Shown: in pieces, positions 1-12,995 of the stretch | Numbering within the stretch: position 1 is the first letter of the stretch | Layout: each line of letters begins with the position of its first letter | Assembly (NCBI GenBank): GCA_051362555.1 | Contig: CM120643.1 | Location: forward strand, 930,001-994,000 | Direction of reading: 5' to 3' | Origin: Lingula anatina | Taxonomy: Eukaryota > Animalia > Brachiopoda | DNA: 64,000 nt | The notes under the pieces: model-generated | Databases searched by the model: none | Told to the model about the DNA's origin: nothing | What the model saw: the letters and a program-made list of their open reading frames with translations, nothing else | Made by a program: the position numbers and the translations under genes

Positions 1-512
1 TAAACTAAATCAAGTGTTGGCCAAGTACATCGTGAACACAGAATTTTAATTAATATTAAATAAAATAATTTAATAAATAAAAAAATAATAATAATAATAA
101 TAATAACAATACGCTCACTGTAAATAGAATTACATTAAATCGGCATAATGGTTTAAAGAAAAGCTTATGCAAAAACAAAAAATATATAATCACAGCATTT
201 ATAAGCTGTTTATTGGACCCTCTCTTCATAATCTTGCTTTACAGCATTATTGACAAAATATCGTCCTTAATTGGTCCAATAAAATCTTAAATATCTTTTA
301 TTTAACTAGCATTGAAAACACGACTCTATACTATACAAACAGATATCTAAGGAGCGTGTATAAAAACTTTATCTGCACTGGCAGCATGGACTGTTAACAA
401 AATAAATGCACTTACATCGAGGAAAATCGACATCCCCTTCTCTTTCTCCGCCATCTTGAAATCACGCGAGAAAATGCGAGGTTTGTATCTGGGTCAAAGG
501 GATGCGGAAGTG

Positions 513-553
<41 letters not shown>

Positions 554-688
554 AACGCTAGAAGGCGTTACACTGAAGCAATTTTTGCGGCTTTTTAAAA
601 ATAATTTCATGTCAACGCGTATTATTCCATCTTTACATCCTGCCAATAGGACTCAATATAAATTTATTATTTTATGTTAAAACACCTG

Positions 689-952
689 GGTCCAGTTTTG
701 TAAAGGACGTTTAGCACTAACCAGTGGATAAGCCTAACCAGTAGATAAATTCTCCTAACACCCATTAACTAAAAGATGGTTAAATTGTGTTTTATATACA
801 GTCTTCTGACGGAAAACAGCCAATTAGTTAACTGGCCTTGTTTAACTGGATTAAATAATTATTTAAAGGTCAGTTAACTAACAGGCTGTTTAGGTCTGGT
901 TAGAGTTAAACACAGCTAGGTTAGTGCTAAACGTCCTTTATAAAACTGGGCC
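689..952. mobile_element. PIF/Harbinger-type MITE
   Basis: TIRs ggtccagttttgtaaaggacgtttagcactaacc / ggttagtgctaaacgtcctttataaaactgggcc, flanked by 3-bp CTG duplication; left flank reads AAACACCTG. Confidence 0.75.
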
Positions 953-966
953 CTGATTATTAGGCC

Positions 967-998
<32 letters not shown>

Positions 999-1987
999 GG
1001 CCTACAAAAATGTATGGACCCTCCAGCCCTAAAGTCACATAAAGAAAGATTGTGTCAGCACCACAGCTTTGTGAATTCTGATTTTAAATTTCATACAGGC
1101 CTACTGTATGTGTGTGTGTGTGTGTGTTATCAATTTTTTTAGGTGAAATGCATCTTTAGTTTTGGTTAGGATATACTGCAGTACTGTGTGCATAGGTTCT
1201 GAATGAAACAAGTCCAAATAGCTTGGACATGTGGACAATCCCAGAAAATATGTAATATTTAGATTTGGGGGGGGGGGGGGGGGGGGGGGGGCATTACAAA
1301 AAGTGCATTAAATTGTTCATGTTTTATATTATATTTAAAGAGCATCGAATTCGTGAAATAAATTCTATGTAAACTTCTGAATGGCAATGTGTATAGTTTA
1401 TGATAATTTGTTTCTCGAAAGGGCAAAGCATGGACCAATTTCCATTTCTAAATTGGAAAATCAATGTTATATGCTTCTCCCTCCCATTGTCATGAGTGCT
1501 AAATGGTATTACGGTATTGCATCTTTACCTAAAATAAATTTCAGATAAAAAGTTTCGTTAATTTGTTTTTCGGTCTTAAAAATACAAAATTTTATTCGTT
1601 ATTACTGTAAGGTCCTTGTGGTACCCTATTACGCCAGTTTTCCAGGCAGAGGTTAAAGCACTGATGACGCCTTCATAGTCAAGAAAATTATAAGGTATTT
1701 CATTCATCACAGAAAACGTCCAGACTTTCACTGAACCATGCAGTATCATCAATCAGCGCGTTAACGTAAAGAACTCCTTTTTAAAACCAAGTTTTATAAA
1801 AAAAACTTTTTATTGATTTTAACATGATCATTTCAGAAAACTATTTGCTTGTAGCAAATTGTTTGTCGAAGGATGGGACAGGTATCTAAAGAATGTGTTT
1901 GAAATTTCTTTGATGAAAATCACGTCAGTGACCTGGTTGCGGAGTGCTTGGTCACCGTCAAGTGATCAGGACCCATCAAACACTTAA

Positions 1988-2324
1988 AGGGATAATAACT
2001 CTTCGTATGAAATCTATATTTCACAATAAAAACATTGTGAACAACTCATAGAAAAATAATATATTCTGTTTTACCACAAAAACAGCAGTGATAGCTATTA
2101 TTCTGATATCTGAGCTTGTCTTTAGACCACATGACCTCCATTGATGGCTATACTCTGTTATAATCTCTTAAGAGATTATAACAAAAAAACAAAGTTTTTT
2201 GAGAAAAAACAGGGACTAACTTTGAATGTAAAAATGGATACAATAACCATTGGTAAGTATGGGAAAATTGTTGTTTACTCCAGGAAAATTCATTTTTTGG
2301 CCAAAACGAAGAGTTATTATCACT
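1988..2324. mobile_element. TTAA-flanked MITE (Kolobok-type), copy 1
   Basis: TTAA at 1984-1987 and 2325-2328; TIR agggataataactcttcgt / acgaagagttattatcact; near-identical to 3026-3366. Confidence 0.8.
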
Positions 2325-2659
2325 TTAAGCGAGTCATACCATATTATATCCAATAATCAGTACATCAAGGCATAGGCCTATGTGGGTTAAAAAAAATGCC
2401 AATTTTGATTTAAAAATCACTAAATGAAACCAAAAACTAAGTTTTATGAAATTCATGCAGGTTTTTTCATTTACTCACTTCAATATCTATTTTATTATTG
2501 TTGACCGTTGACAAGTGTCGTAAGATTTTTCAAAGAATATGAAAAATTTTGGTAAATAAATATGTGTAATATAAATAAATATACCTAATAAAAATAGTGT
2601 GGTTTTATTGAACCAATTTATTTTTTAATCCTGGAACTTCCATGCAACATGAATCTTTA

Positions 2660-2660
<1 letters not shown>

Positions 2661-2722
<62 letters not shown>
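2661..2722. repeat. (TA)n microsatellite
   Basis: Direct reading. Confidence 0.95.
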
Positions 2723-2725
<3 letters not shown>

Positions 2726-3025
2726 CGTTACGATATTAAACTAAAAATAAATACATAGATATTGACCAGTTCAAATTCAACAAGTGCAGATATTAAACAC
2801 GTTGATCACATGTAGTTTCCTCGTGATGTCGACCACAGCCTCTTAACTAGTATAACTTTACAAACATGTATTACACATATATTCATATACTGATATAAAG
2901 TACATGTACCTGTATTTTAATTTAGATGTGTTTCGCCAAGTTACAGTATATGGATGCACATGTATAAATATTAGCTGCATTGGTTACCTCATGATATATC
3001 GATGCTGTCGACCACAGCATCTTAA

Positions 3026-3366
3026 AGGGATAATAACTCTTCGTATGAGGTCTATATTTCACAACAAAAACATTTTGAATAACTCACAGAAAAATAAGAT
3101 ATTCTTTTTACAGCAAAAACAGCAGTTATAGCTATTATTCAGATATCTGAGCTTGTCTTCAGACCACGTGACCTCCATTGATGGCTATACTCTGATATAA
3201 TCTCTTAAGAGATTTTGACAAAAAAAAAACAAACTTTTTAGAAAAAAAAAAACAGGGACTAACTTTGAATGGAAAATGGATTCATTAACCATTGGTTATT
3301 ATGGGAAAATTGTTGTTTATTCCAGGAAAATTCATTTTTTGGCCGAAACGCAGAGTTATTATCCCT
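3026..3366. mobile_element. TTAA-flanked MITE (Kolobok-type), copy 2
   Basis: TTAA at 3022-3025 and 3367-3370; same TIR and internal sequence as 1988-2324. Confidence 0.8.
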
Positions 3367-5000
3367 TTAACTTCCATTTTGTACACATATATGTTTCATA
3401 AATATACATTTAATATAAATTCACATAATTATATACATGTCATTTAATACTAGTTTCACCCAGTTACAATGTCACTAGATATATAAGGTATCATCTCGAC
3501 ATTTCTAAGTTCAGGGTAGACAACATACCAGAATATCTGACCATCTGGGGCCGTATCTCAACATGTCTTCTAAAACTACATATTCTTATGTATTATTATG
3601 GATTAATGTTTAACACACATTTGACAATACAATAACACAATTGAACAAATGAAATAAGCTGTTGAATTATGCCTGGTATCTTGAATATAGAATATTTGTA
3701 AATGAGTATTGCAGAAAACTTACAACTTGATAAATAAATAGAGTTTCATTTGTCAGTAGCTATAAAATAAAAACCAAAATCTACCAGCCAGCTGACCAAG
3801 TATACAGTTTTGAAATTTTTTAGGCATTTTACAGCGTGCTCTGGGACTGGGGTCAGTTATTTGTTTGGTTCAGTAATGTGCAGGGTTGAGGGGGGTCCAG
3901 CATAATATCTATATTTAAATAATTCTACATAAGTGTGTCATAGATATACTGACATTATATTTTGGTGATTGGAGATTTGCTAATTGTTTAACACAAATAT
4001 TTATTTTTAATTACCGACCCGACATTTGAAAATAAGTACTTATCTGTTTTGTCTGACACACGAAAATTAAGCTATTCCTACTAGTACGTTAACTATTTTC
4101 AATACACTTTATAACATTTTGAATAACAAAATCTAATATTGTTCTTGAGCCGTTTAAATTAAGTGAAGTGTAATTAAGTGAAGAAAATCTTCACCACATA
4201 GTTGAGGATGAATATGAGATTGCAATTTTGACTTAGTAAGTGAATCGATTCTTAAGAAGTCACAGCTATAGGCCTCATGTGAAGATTGGGCAGTAGGTCA
4301 GGAAAAAATAACAAACCTGTATACCGACTGGAAAGTCCTGACAAATCTCGGGGTGATGTCATATGATATAGATAAGTAGAATCTTCACTACAGGTTTGAA
4401 CAGGAAAGTTAATACAAGTCTTTGGGAGATATGATATAGACATGTGGACGCACTACGGGTTTGTTCTGGTACTTTTGTTTGGTAGGAAGATTGAAAAAAA
4501 ATCATTGAATGACTTCCTATTTCTCGGAATGGCAAAACAGAGTGTTCATGTATGAGATCCATACATGTACAGAATAAGGTAGTGCAAATCCTTAAACCCA
4601 AGACGGAATGTACTGGTACAAATTAATAAATACAGGTGTCCCGTGTACGGCCCGTTCTGGGTGAACCATCCGTCCTGACCGATTGTACACGCAGCAGACG
4701 CGTGTATGAGCCGTTCCGTGAATGATCCGTTGTTATTCACCTGTACTGTTCGGCTAGTTCGTTTCCTACCTCATTATATATTTATTATAATGGGGATATT
4801 TCTAGGTAAAATTCATGTGTTAATTCATAATTTTGATAGAGAAACGGCGTCAAATTACAGTTCGACGTACGGCACACACTGATTAAAAATTATAATATAT
4901 GACCTATCCCACTCTTTGTATTGTTCACATAAAAAGGAAATAAACACATAAAAAATGGCCCACTGACCATTTATGTGTCAATATAAATTGAAAAATCTTA

Positions 5001-7863
5001 TCAAAATTTGTAAAGCTTGAATTTCCAATCAATAAAATTTAAGAATCGACTTGCTTGATTAAATTTGCCTTTAACTATCAGTTCAGTGGCAAGATATTTG
5101 CTCATATTCACAAGCACCTTACTTAATATTATCAATTTTATGAAGTGCACTTTAATATTAAGAGTCACCGTCATTTCGTGATCTGGCCCGAAATGTTCAT
5201 GATAGACTTCAAGACATTTTTCATAATATGTCAGGGCCTCTGAATATTTGCCCATATCATGCAGGACACAGCCAATGTTGCGATATAGCAGGGCAGTATC
5301 AGGGTGTTTGTCACCAAGTATCTCTCTTCTTACGTCAAGAGCTTTTTCGTAGTATTTAAGTGCCTCTGCATGTTCACCTAACTCACTAAGTGCATGTCCT
5401 TTATTGCTGTATTCACTGACAGTGTCAGGATGTTTGAATCCAAGAACTATTTCTCTAACTCCAAGACATTTATTATGGTACGTGAGTGCTTCTCTATTCT
5501 TACCCATGTGAGCAAGCGCCAGACCCATATTGCTATAAGTATTAGCAGTATCCGGGTGATTGGGTCCAAGGACTTCCTCCCTGCCTTCAAGACATTTATG
5601 ATAACATGCAATTGCGTCTTCATACCTGCCCATATCACAGTACAAGTTGCCCATGCTGTGGTATATGGCGGATGTTTCAGGGTGTTTTGGACCCATGAGC
5701 TCTGTCATGGTGTCAAGGTTTTCAGAATAATATTTAAGTGCATCTTCTGGCTTACCAGTTTCCGTTAGTATTTTACAAATATTTGTAATTGCTTTGACAG
5801 TCTCAATGTGCTGTGACCCGAGTACATCTTTCAAGATTGCATGTGATTTCTTATAATATGCTAATGCTTCTGGATTATTACCCATTTCGGTCAATGTGTT
5901 ACCAATATTGTTATATGTTTTGGCAGTTAGAGGATGTTTGGGGCCAAATATTTCTTCAAATACTGAAAGTGATTTCTTGTTATACGTGAGGGCTTCTCTA
6001 TACTTCCCCATTCCTCTATACACCTCACCAATATTGCTGTAAGCCGAAGCAGTATAAAAGTTTTTAGAACCAAATGATGACTCTAAGACGTCAATACTTT
6101 TCTGGTGGAATGTAAATGCTTCTCTAAACCTACCCATTTCCTTCAGGATTGTGCCATGTGCGTCATATTTCATGGCTGTATTAGGATGTTTGGGACCAAA
6201 TACTTTCTCTAAGATATCAATACATTTTTCTTGATTTGAAAGGGCTTCTGTATACTTGCCTATGGACCTAAGTGTATCAGCAATACTACTGTATGTGTCG
6301 GCAATGTCAGGATCGTTAGACCCAAGGTTTTCTTGCTGGACTTCAAGACATATTTGCAAATATGATATTGCCTTAATGTACTCACCGATTTCCTTTAGGA
6401 CATAGCCCATTTTGCCGTAAACTGAAGCCATCACGGGGTGGCTAGAATCCAGTGAGTTTGTCAAGATTTTTACACTTTTTTGATAAAAGTCGTAGGCATC
6501 TTTGTATTTTCCCATTCCACACAGCACATTTCCAATGTACATATAGACAATTCCACCAAAAGACCTCAACGTACCTTCTTGTACCAACATTTTCAATGAG
6601 TTCAGTATTGAAAAGGCTTCAGGGAATAAAAAAAGGTTTTGAAATACAGAGGCAATGTGCAGCAAATCTTTGAATATAATTTCTTTGTCGCTTGGTTTGT
6701 TGTTGCTCAGCTGATCTGACAGCAAACCAGCAATAAGCCTAAGATGTGGCAGTATCTTTTGTGCTTTTGCGTGCGTTTCTTTAGACGGAAGGGTATCAAA
6801 TTCGGATAACAGAAGAGGAGTTTGTTTCATGTAATATTTGCAGTATGCATCTTGTATGTGAGCTATTTCATTTTGATCTTTCCTTGTTTGAAACTCCGCA
6901 TAAGCTCTTAACAAGGGATGGAGATCAAAGGAACTTAGGTCTGAACTGAGAAGGGATTTGTTGGAAAGACTGTCAAGGATAGATTCACATTCATCCTCAT
7001 CTATTTCAAACATTTCTGAAACTTCTTCCAGAGAAAATGAGACTGGAAACATATGCAAAGCCCTAAATACTCTTTTTTCTTCAGTATTTAGTGTTTCATA
7101 AGACATATCCAGGCATGCCATCATTTCTTGAGAAGCTGGAAGATTTGCTACCTTAAGACTTTCAATAACATTTTTGTTTTTTATCCTGTCTAATACTCTC
7201 TGCACAGTTTTTTTCTTGAGTTGAACTGCTAATAATTTCAGTGCAAGTGGATTCCCCCCACATTTTTCTGCTATTTCACTTAACACTACTGATTCACTAT
7301 CAGTGGGTCTAGAGGTTTTTCCTTCCCAAAGAATATCAATGGAAGGGGCCTCATCAAGGGGAGGTAAGTCATGACAGCCATGTGATGCGACATTTGACTG
7401 AATGCTTCACGACTGGTGCACAGTAAATTGATATGCTTTGTTGAATTCAAAATATCTTGGATCAATTTGTGAAATTCTTGCAAATTTGACTTCAATACCT
7501 CATCATTGTTATCAAATATTATAACAGTGTCTGAAGTTAAACTAGACAGAGATTGTATGAATACATTTTGATAGTCACTGTATAAATCTTTCAGGGAACT
7601 TGTTGGGTGGTAGTGCTGGACTAGAGATAACTTCACAGATTCAAGGTTGGTGACTTGTCTCATATCAATGAACAACACATTTTGCTCGCGATGCCCGACC
7701 TCGATAGCCACCGAGGTCTTCCCAATGCCCCCCATCCCAGTTAGAAGAACAAGCCTGGTTTCACCTGCAATGTGCCGCTGTATTTGTTGAACCAAGTCTT
7801 CACGGCCTTTAAGGTCAGCAAATTTTCCTGGTAGCTGTACTGAGAGGAGCTGACACGGGGCAA
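5001..7863 (-). CDS. Exon 2 of HEPN-STAND-TPR NLR-like gene: NB-ARC/STAND ATPase plus ~11 TPRs; one 1-nt frameshift at ~7370-7410
   Basis: Acceptor ttattttcAG at 7865-7864. Walker A GMGGIGKT, Walker B VIIFDN and sensor LLCTSR in ORF 7286-7795. After the frameshift: LPPLDE, GxP motif CGGNPLAL, MHD-like FDLHPLL and 42-aa TPRs with LGxxHPxTA linkers in ORF 5001-7286. Confidence 0.88.
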
Positions 7864-9465
7864 CTGAAAATAAAATATTAAAATATGATAATAAACAGGA
7901 TTATAACTTTTTGCAATAATGACCTTGGTAGCCTATCATCTACTTAGATTTTTTAATGATTTATGTAATATTACATAATCAAACGGTTTAAATAAACGTT
8001 TATTCAAAAGCCAAATCATATTGTACTTATACCACACATTATCAGTGTCATTATTTCAAAATAATTGGTTCACAGATAATATCAAGATTTATTTCAATAT
8101 CAAGGTATATATTGCTCGATCCTGACTGTATTCAAATATATGTATGCCTGATTGAGTTAATTTGTCAATGCATATACTAATAATGGAAGCATTGCATAAT
8201 ATACTCCCTTACCAAAAAGTGTCACCCCTACCTCATTTTTGTACATGACTACAAGAGTACCCGCAGATTGAATTGCACTATTAAATAACGACCATCGTGT
8301 AAATTGGGGGTGTGAGTAGTAGAACATTAACCTACCTAGCGTGACCACAACAGCAACTAGATTTCATGAATTAGTGGGATACTTTCTTTACCAAGCGGGC
8401 GACACAGGAGGGAGGTACCAGAAGGAACTACATGTACCAGAAGTTTTGGTTGTTCCATGAGAGCCATTTGGTGGATAAGGCAACATCATAACCAAACAGA
8501 CACATGGGCAAGATTACCTGGGTAAAGCCGCCAGAAAGCCCGGGCTACACTGCGCTTGCAACCTTTTGGTAATTTTCGCGAGGCTATAAATCGTCTCCTA
8601 CAGAGGAGTGCCGTTTCCCCATTTTCGAGAAATTATATATGTCTGTCGTATTGCAGAAGTGACAGTTAAACATTCTATAATTTCGCAATACTACGTGGGT
8701 TTTCTGATATAAATTACCTAAACAACACCTCCCTAAAGCATTTTGTAAAACATTCACACTAGGCACGAAGTAGTATTTTTGGGCGAAGGGGTGAAATTTC
8801 CCTTGGGACCACATGTAACACTATAAATACAAACTCACTAAAGGCAAAATAAACGTTATACATTCCAAGCAATTTACCTTTTAATACATGCAATCATCAA
8901 AACATTTCCAATATAATGTCTCAAAACGACACCAGAAAGCAAATTAAAAAAAAATGAAATCAACCAATCTAGATCAATCCCCCGTTGAGAATTTGTCGGA
9001 TATCCTACGAAATGAAAAGCTGATGGATAAAATATCTTTACAACGTATGAGGAACGCCATCAAACGTTATTATTCTACATGTATTTAATCCCATGCACAG
9101 ACGCGTCAGGTGCGTCCTACAACCCAGAGGAAACTGCAAAATATTAAACACGATGCGTTTTTTTAACTACATGTATGGCTGGCTTATTTATTTGTTGTAC
9201 AGGTAGTAAAGTGTTGTGGTAAATCATTTTTAGAAGTTTAATAAATAACACTGGTTGATAACATGATTTCTGTAGCGCTTTACCCATTTTATTAGGGGTG
9301 ACGTTTTGGTAGGGGAGTATAGTTAGCCTGAATGCCTTACCGTAGACCAGTAGGTACAAGCGCATTCAACACTAATTAAAATGTTGTACAGTTCAACTCC
9401 GTAAAATACGTTTCTTAAAATTAAGAACAACATTTTTTTTTTTTGCAAATGCTGTTTTAACATAC

Positions 9466-10054
9466 CTTTAGCCTCCAGTGGCACAATAAGAAGCTTGTCG
9501 TAGTCATCGCTGGTATATATTGGTGACAGTGACAGCAGGATGTGCTTGAGATCATTAAACTCTGCCTGAAATGCTGTGTTTGTGATGCCAAGACGATGTC
9601 CATGCGAGAGCTGATTGCGGTAGGTCTTCACTCTACCAATGTTGGCCTCTATGGAGGTGTCGGTAACTGGTGGATTTTCCCATTTAGCATGAAGGTTCAG
9701 ATTGGTGATGTTTCTTAGTAAAACAGCTGCAAGTGTAATATCTAAGTCCTGCGTTGTCACAGTTGTTGAAGGGTCGCCAGAGGGGTACAGGAGTTTCATT
9801 TGACTCGAGTTCATTACATTTCTCTTTTTCAACAGAAGCACAGAATGTTTGACTTGTTGATTGTCAAGTACATCAAACAGTTTGTCAGTTTTACTGGGAT
9901 CAAACAGTCCTGGATAAGCTGCTTGTAGCTGAGTCCTGAGAACATCTCTAAGCACGTCAGTTGCACGTTCTAAGAGCAGCCGCATGCGGAAATAATTTTC
10001 TTTTTCATTTCTTGGGATTTCAGAGAGCATTCCCACTGCCGTTGCCATGGTCAT
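9466..10054 (-). CDS. Exon 1 (first coding exon) of NLR-like gene: DZIP3-type HEPN domain
   Basis: Acceptor AG directly before ATG 10054. LYP...DLDITLAAVLLRN and RNQLSH (HEPN R-X4-H). Donor AAAG|GTATG at 9465 is phase 1 and joins in frame to the exon at 7863 (PLEAK-V-APCQLL...GREDLVQQI). Confidence 0.88.
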
Positions 10055-11289
10055 CTACCGATCCAAATAATAAAAAAAAAGCAAATGATATGTTTGTTAT
10101 TCTAGTTGTTTACTCAATTTATACATTAACGGTAAACAATAAAGAAAAAAGATTGAGCTTTTTATGTACCAAAGACGTCGTTTCAAAATGCACCTCAATG
10201 TATACTGTCTTATACATCAGGTTATGAAATGGTCGTTGGACCTACATGTAGGAAAGAATTGATTTTCATTAAAATGGTTAAAAATAAAGGGTGTGTGACT
10301 GAGGTTAAATGGAAGTTAAATACCATGGAGGAAGCATTTCCAATTTTTCATAGAACAGGCCCAGTTCCCTTTGCATTAAAATACAGTAGAAAGGGAACTA
10401 AGCAGGAATCACTTATCTTACAGTATGGAATGCAAGAAAAACGATCGCATCAGGTAAATTGCAAATACTATACCAACTCGCAGTGACAAAACCTGACTTT
10501 CAACCATTTAACCACATGAAGTGAACCATAAAATCCAAATTGAAGTAGCAAATATCAGGTTTGCCTACCCTGAATAGAGCCAGTGTTAACAATAACGGGA
10601 CTAACATCCATTTTGTGACCGCTACCCCCAATATGCAGTCATCACATGGGAACTCCATTCCTAGGACTACCATTTCTGTCACACCGGCTAAATTTAACCT
10701 CTACTAATTATAAGGGACCCACAATTCCTTTACTAGTCATTAACTTTTACTGCACTCATTATGAAGATTTCCGGGTGTCCATTTTTTGTACTATGATTTT
10801 CTATTTTAACCAGGATGCTAGTTATATTTTGCACAGTCATGTAATCTAGGAACAAAATTAGCGACAAGATACATACCAGAACGCTTCATTTTTACTGCAT
10901 ACGTGTAATACACAGGTGAATATCATATCATTTAAACTGAATATGGATGATATATGTAACTGCTCTTTCACTGGCTTGAGGTTATTTTTCTTCTTTTCAT
11001 TTTGTCCTGTACACTCCATGTATTTCTAGAAGAGGGTCATCATCCACCCATCGCCTTCCACAGTGTATCTTCCACGGGATTAATGGTTGGTATCCGCTAG
11101 GTATACGTATTCACAAATATACTATGATATCTAGCTATACTAGAATCAGCCCTGCTAGGGCATACCTGTGGATATCTAGGGGAAAGCAATATGTGGCCCT
11201 AGTTAAGGGTTACATGATCTTCTTAAACGTTTGGGCATCGCACGGTGCTAAAAGAATCACGCATGTAATTTAGTTGATGAACAAATTAA

Positions 11290-12235
11290 TGTTTAGCCGC
11301 CCTTGATGAACTTACCGAAATGTCTCCTTGTAAAATCTGTCGTTACAGCTTCGACATCTAAAACCTCAGGTAACTTGGTGTTGCTAGTTAACTGCGAAAT
11401 TTATCGAAACAGCTCCGGAAAAAACGCTAAGTTAAAAATAACCACATTGGACGTGAGTCTCGCGATAAACTCTTAAACAATGCATAGTTTTCACAAAGTT
11501 TTGGGCTATTTTGTATGCTTTCAACCCAATTTTGTCTAGCAAAGTCCTTCAGCCTAAGTAAAAACTGGCTTACAAAGGTATTTATATCACCCACATTTTG
11601 TGCTATCTGTGCATAACCAAAACCATACATATACATGTAAATTATTTGTTTCACTTTAGTCACCCAGTTAATCCTTCCATGTTCATCTAGGGTATGCAAC
11701 ATATTATTGCAAGCTCTGGGGTACCTCTCTCGTTCCATCCTAATCAATTCCATCCAATACTTAATGCATCGTATAGTGTAAACTGGATACATTGGTAATC
11801 TACCAGTTTCTCCGAGAACCACGACATTTGAAGTCCTTGAACTCAGCCCTAATAATTTTTTACAGAATTTATGTTGAACTATTTCTATTTGTTCACATTT
11901 CTCGAAGCCCCAAATTTCAGCACAGAGTTGGTACAACAACATGATCAAAGAATTATAGCGACTGAGTCAAAGGCACGTCAAATTTTCTAATAAAGTATAT
12001 CAGAATATTCATGGCTTTTTCTCCTTGCTGTGCTAGGGTACTCTTACCTTTGCTCCAGGACAAAAAAGCTGAGAATATCAGCCCTAGGTACTTATAATGG
12101 CTAGCAATTTCTACCTCCTTATTATTTAGGAACCATTTTTCATGTTTATTTAAATTACCACCTCGTCTGAATACGATGGTTTTTGTTTTATCTATGTTGA
12201 TCATCATGCCATATTTTTTACAGAAGTTTTCTAGT
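11290..12235 (-). mobile_element. Degenerate LINE (RTE-X/L2-like), 3' part of ORF2
   Basis: INIDKTKTIVF...YKYLGLIF (RT end) and EIWG...KFCKKLLG...VLGETGRLP...CIKYW in ORFs 11953-12207 and 11427-11948; frameshifted; clade assignment tentative. Confidence 0.8.
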
Positions 12236-12356
12236 TTTATATTTTAATTCGCTTACGCTTAAACGTATATAAATTATTTATCGTCTAATAACTCTCAACG
12301 AATAAAACCACTTCATCTTCAAACACCAAATCATTGAGTCGATGTGCCTCTGCCTG
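12236..12356. repeat. Split direct repeat B2 (partner B1 12693-12830)
   Basis: aattcgcttacgcttaaacg...gagtcgatgtgcctctgcctg present twice. Confidence 0.9.
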
Positions 12357-12533
12357 TGTGCAGACGATACAATATTACATACAAACTTTTGCTCCGTCAC
12401 CAGTTACATTTCCCGCATAGCCTAATTCCAATTCCGGTACAGTTCGTACTTACATGAATCTGATAATTTTATAACGCATAATCAAAGCCCATCTTTATAC
12501 AAATGTTTTTATACAAAAACTTTTATTTGGAAT

Positions 12534-12696
12534 AAACTGGAATGTCTGTACAGTAGCGTAGCTCGACTTCGAATGATCGTTTCCCTTCCTCACGTGATCT
12601 GTTCACCTTTTGAATACAGCGCCCCCTGTACCTCCTAATGACCTTTCTCCTAAGACACGTCATTGTTGACCCGTTAAACGACAATAAATACATTTA
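12534..12696. repeat. Split direct repeat A2 (partner A1 22071-22233)
   Basis: ~163-bp near-identical direct repeat aaactggaatgtctgtacag...gacaataaatacattta. Confidence 0.92.
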
Positions 12697-12995
12697 TATT
12701 CTAATTCGCTTACGCTTAAACGTATATAAATTATTTATCGTCTAATAACTCTCAACGAATAAAACCACTTCATCTTCAAACACCAAATCATTTATTTATA
12801 AATAGGAATGAGTCGATGTGCCTCTGCCTGCTTCGACCACAAAGAACGGGCCTCCTCTGTGTATCATTACTTTATCCTAAAAAAGAAAAAACAAATACAA
12901 TTCCATCTACTTATATACGTACATAATTTATTAATCCACATCCACTCTGGATTCACATTGTCCTACAATATCGACAAACAAAATGTAAATGCATA

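Noticed and set aside
456-680. ORFs built on microsatellites or homopolymers (also 23606-24035, 28564-28952, 35915-36374, 50460-50676, 56477-56731)
   Set aside because: Low-complexity translation artefacts
5001-7286. Naming the gene NPHP3 or kinesin light chain
   Set aside because: Only the 42-aa TPR type is shared; HEPN plus NB-ARC is a different architecture
7370-7412. A micro-intron explaining the frameshift
   Set aside because: GT..AG pairs here span under 20 nt, too short for a normal spliceosomal intron
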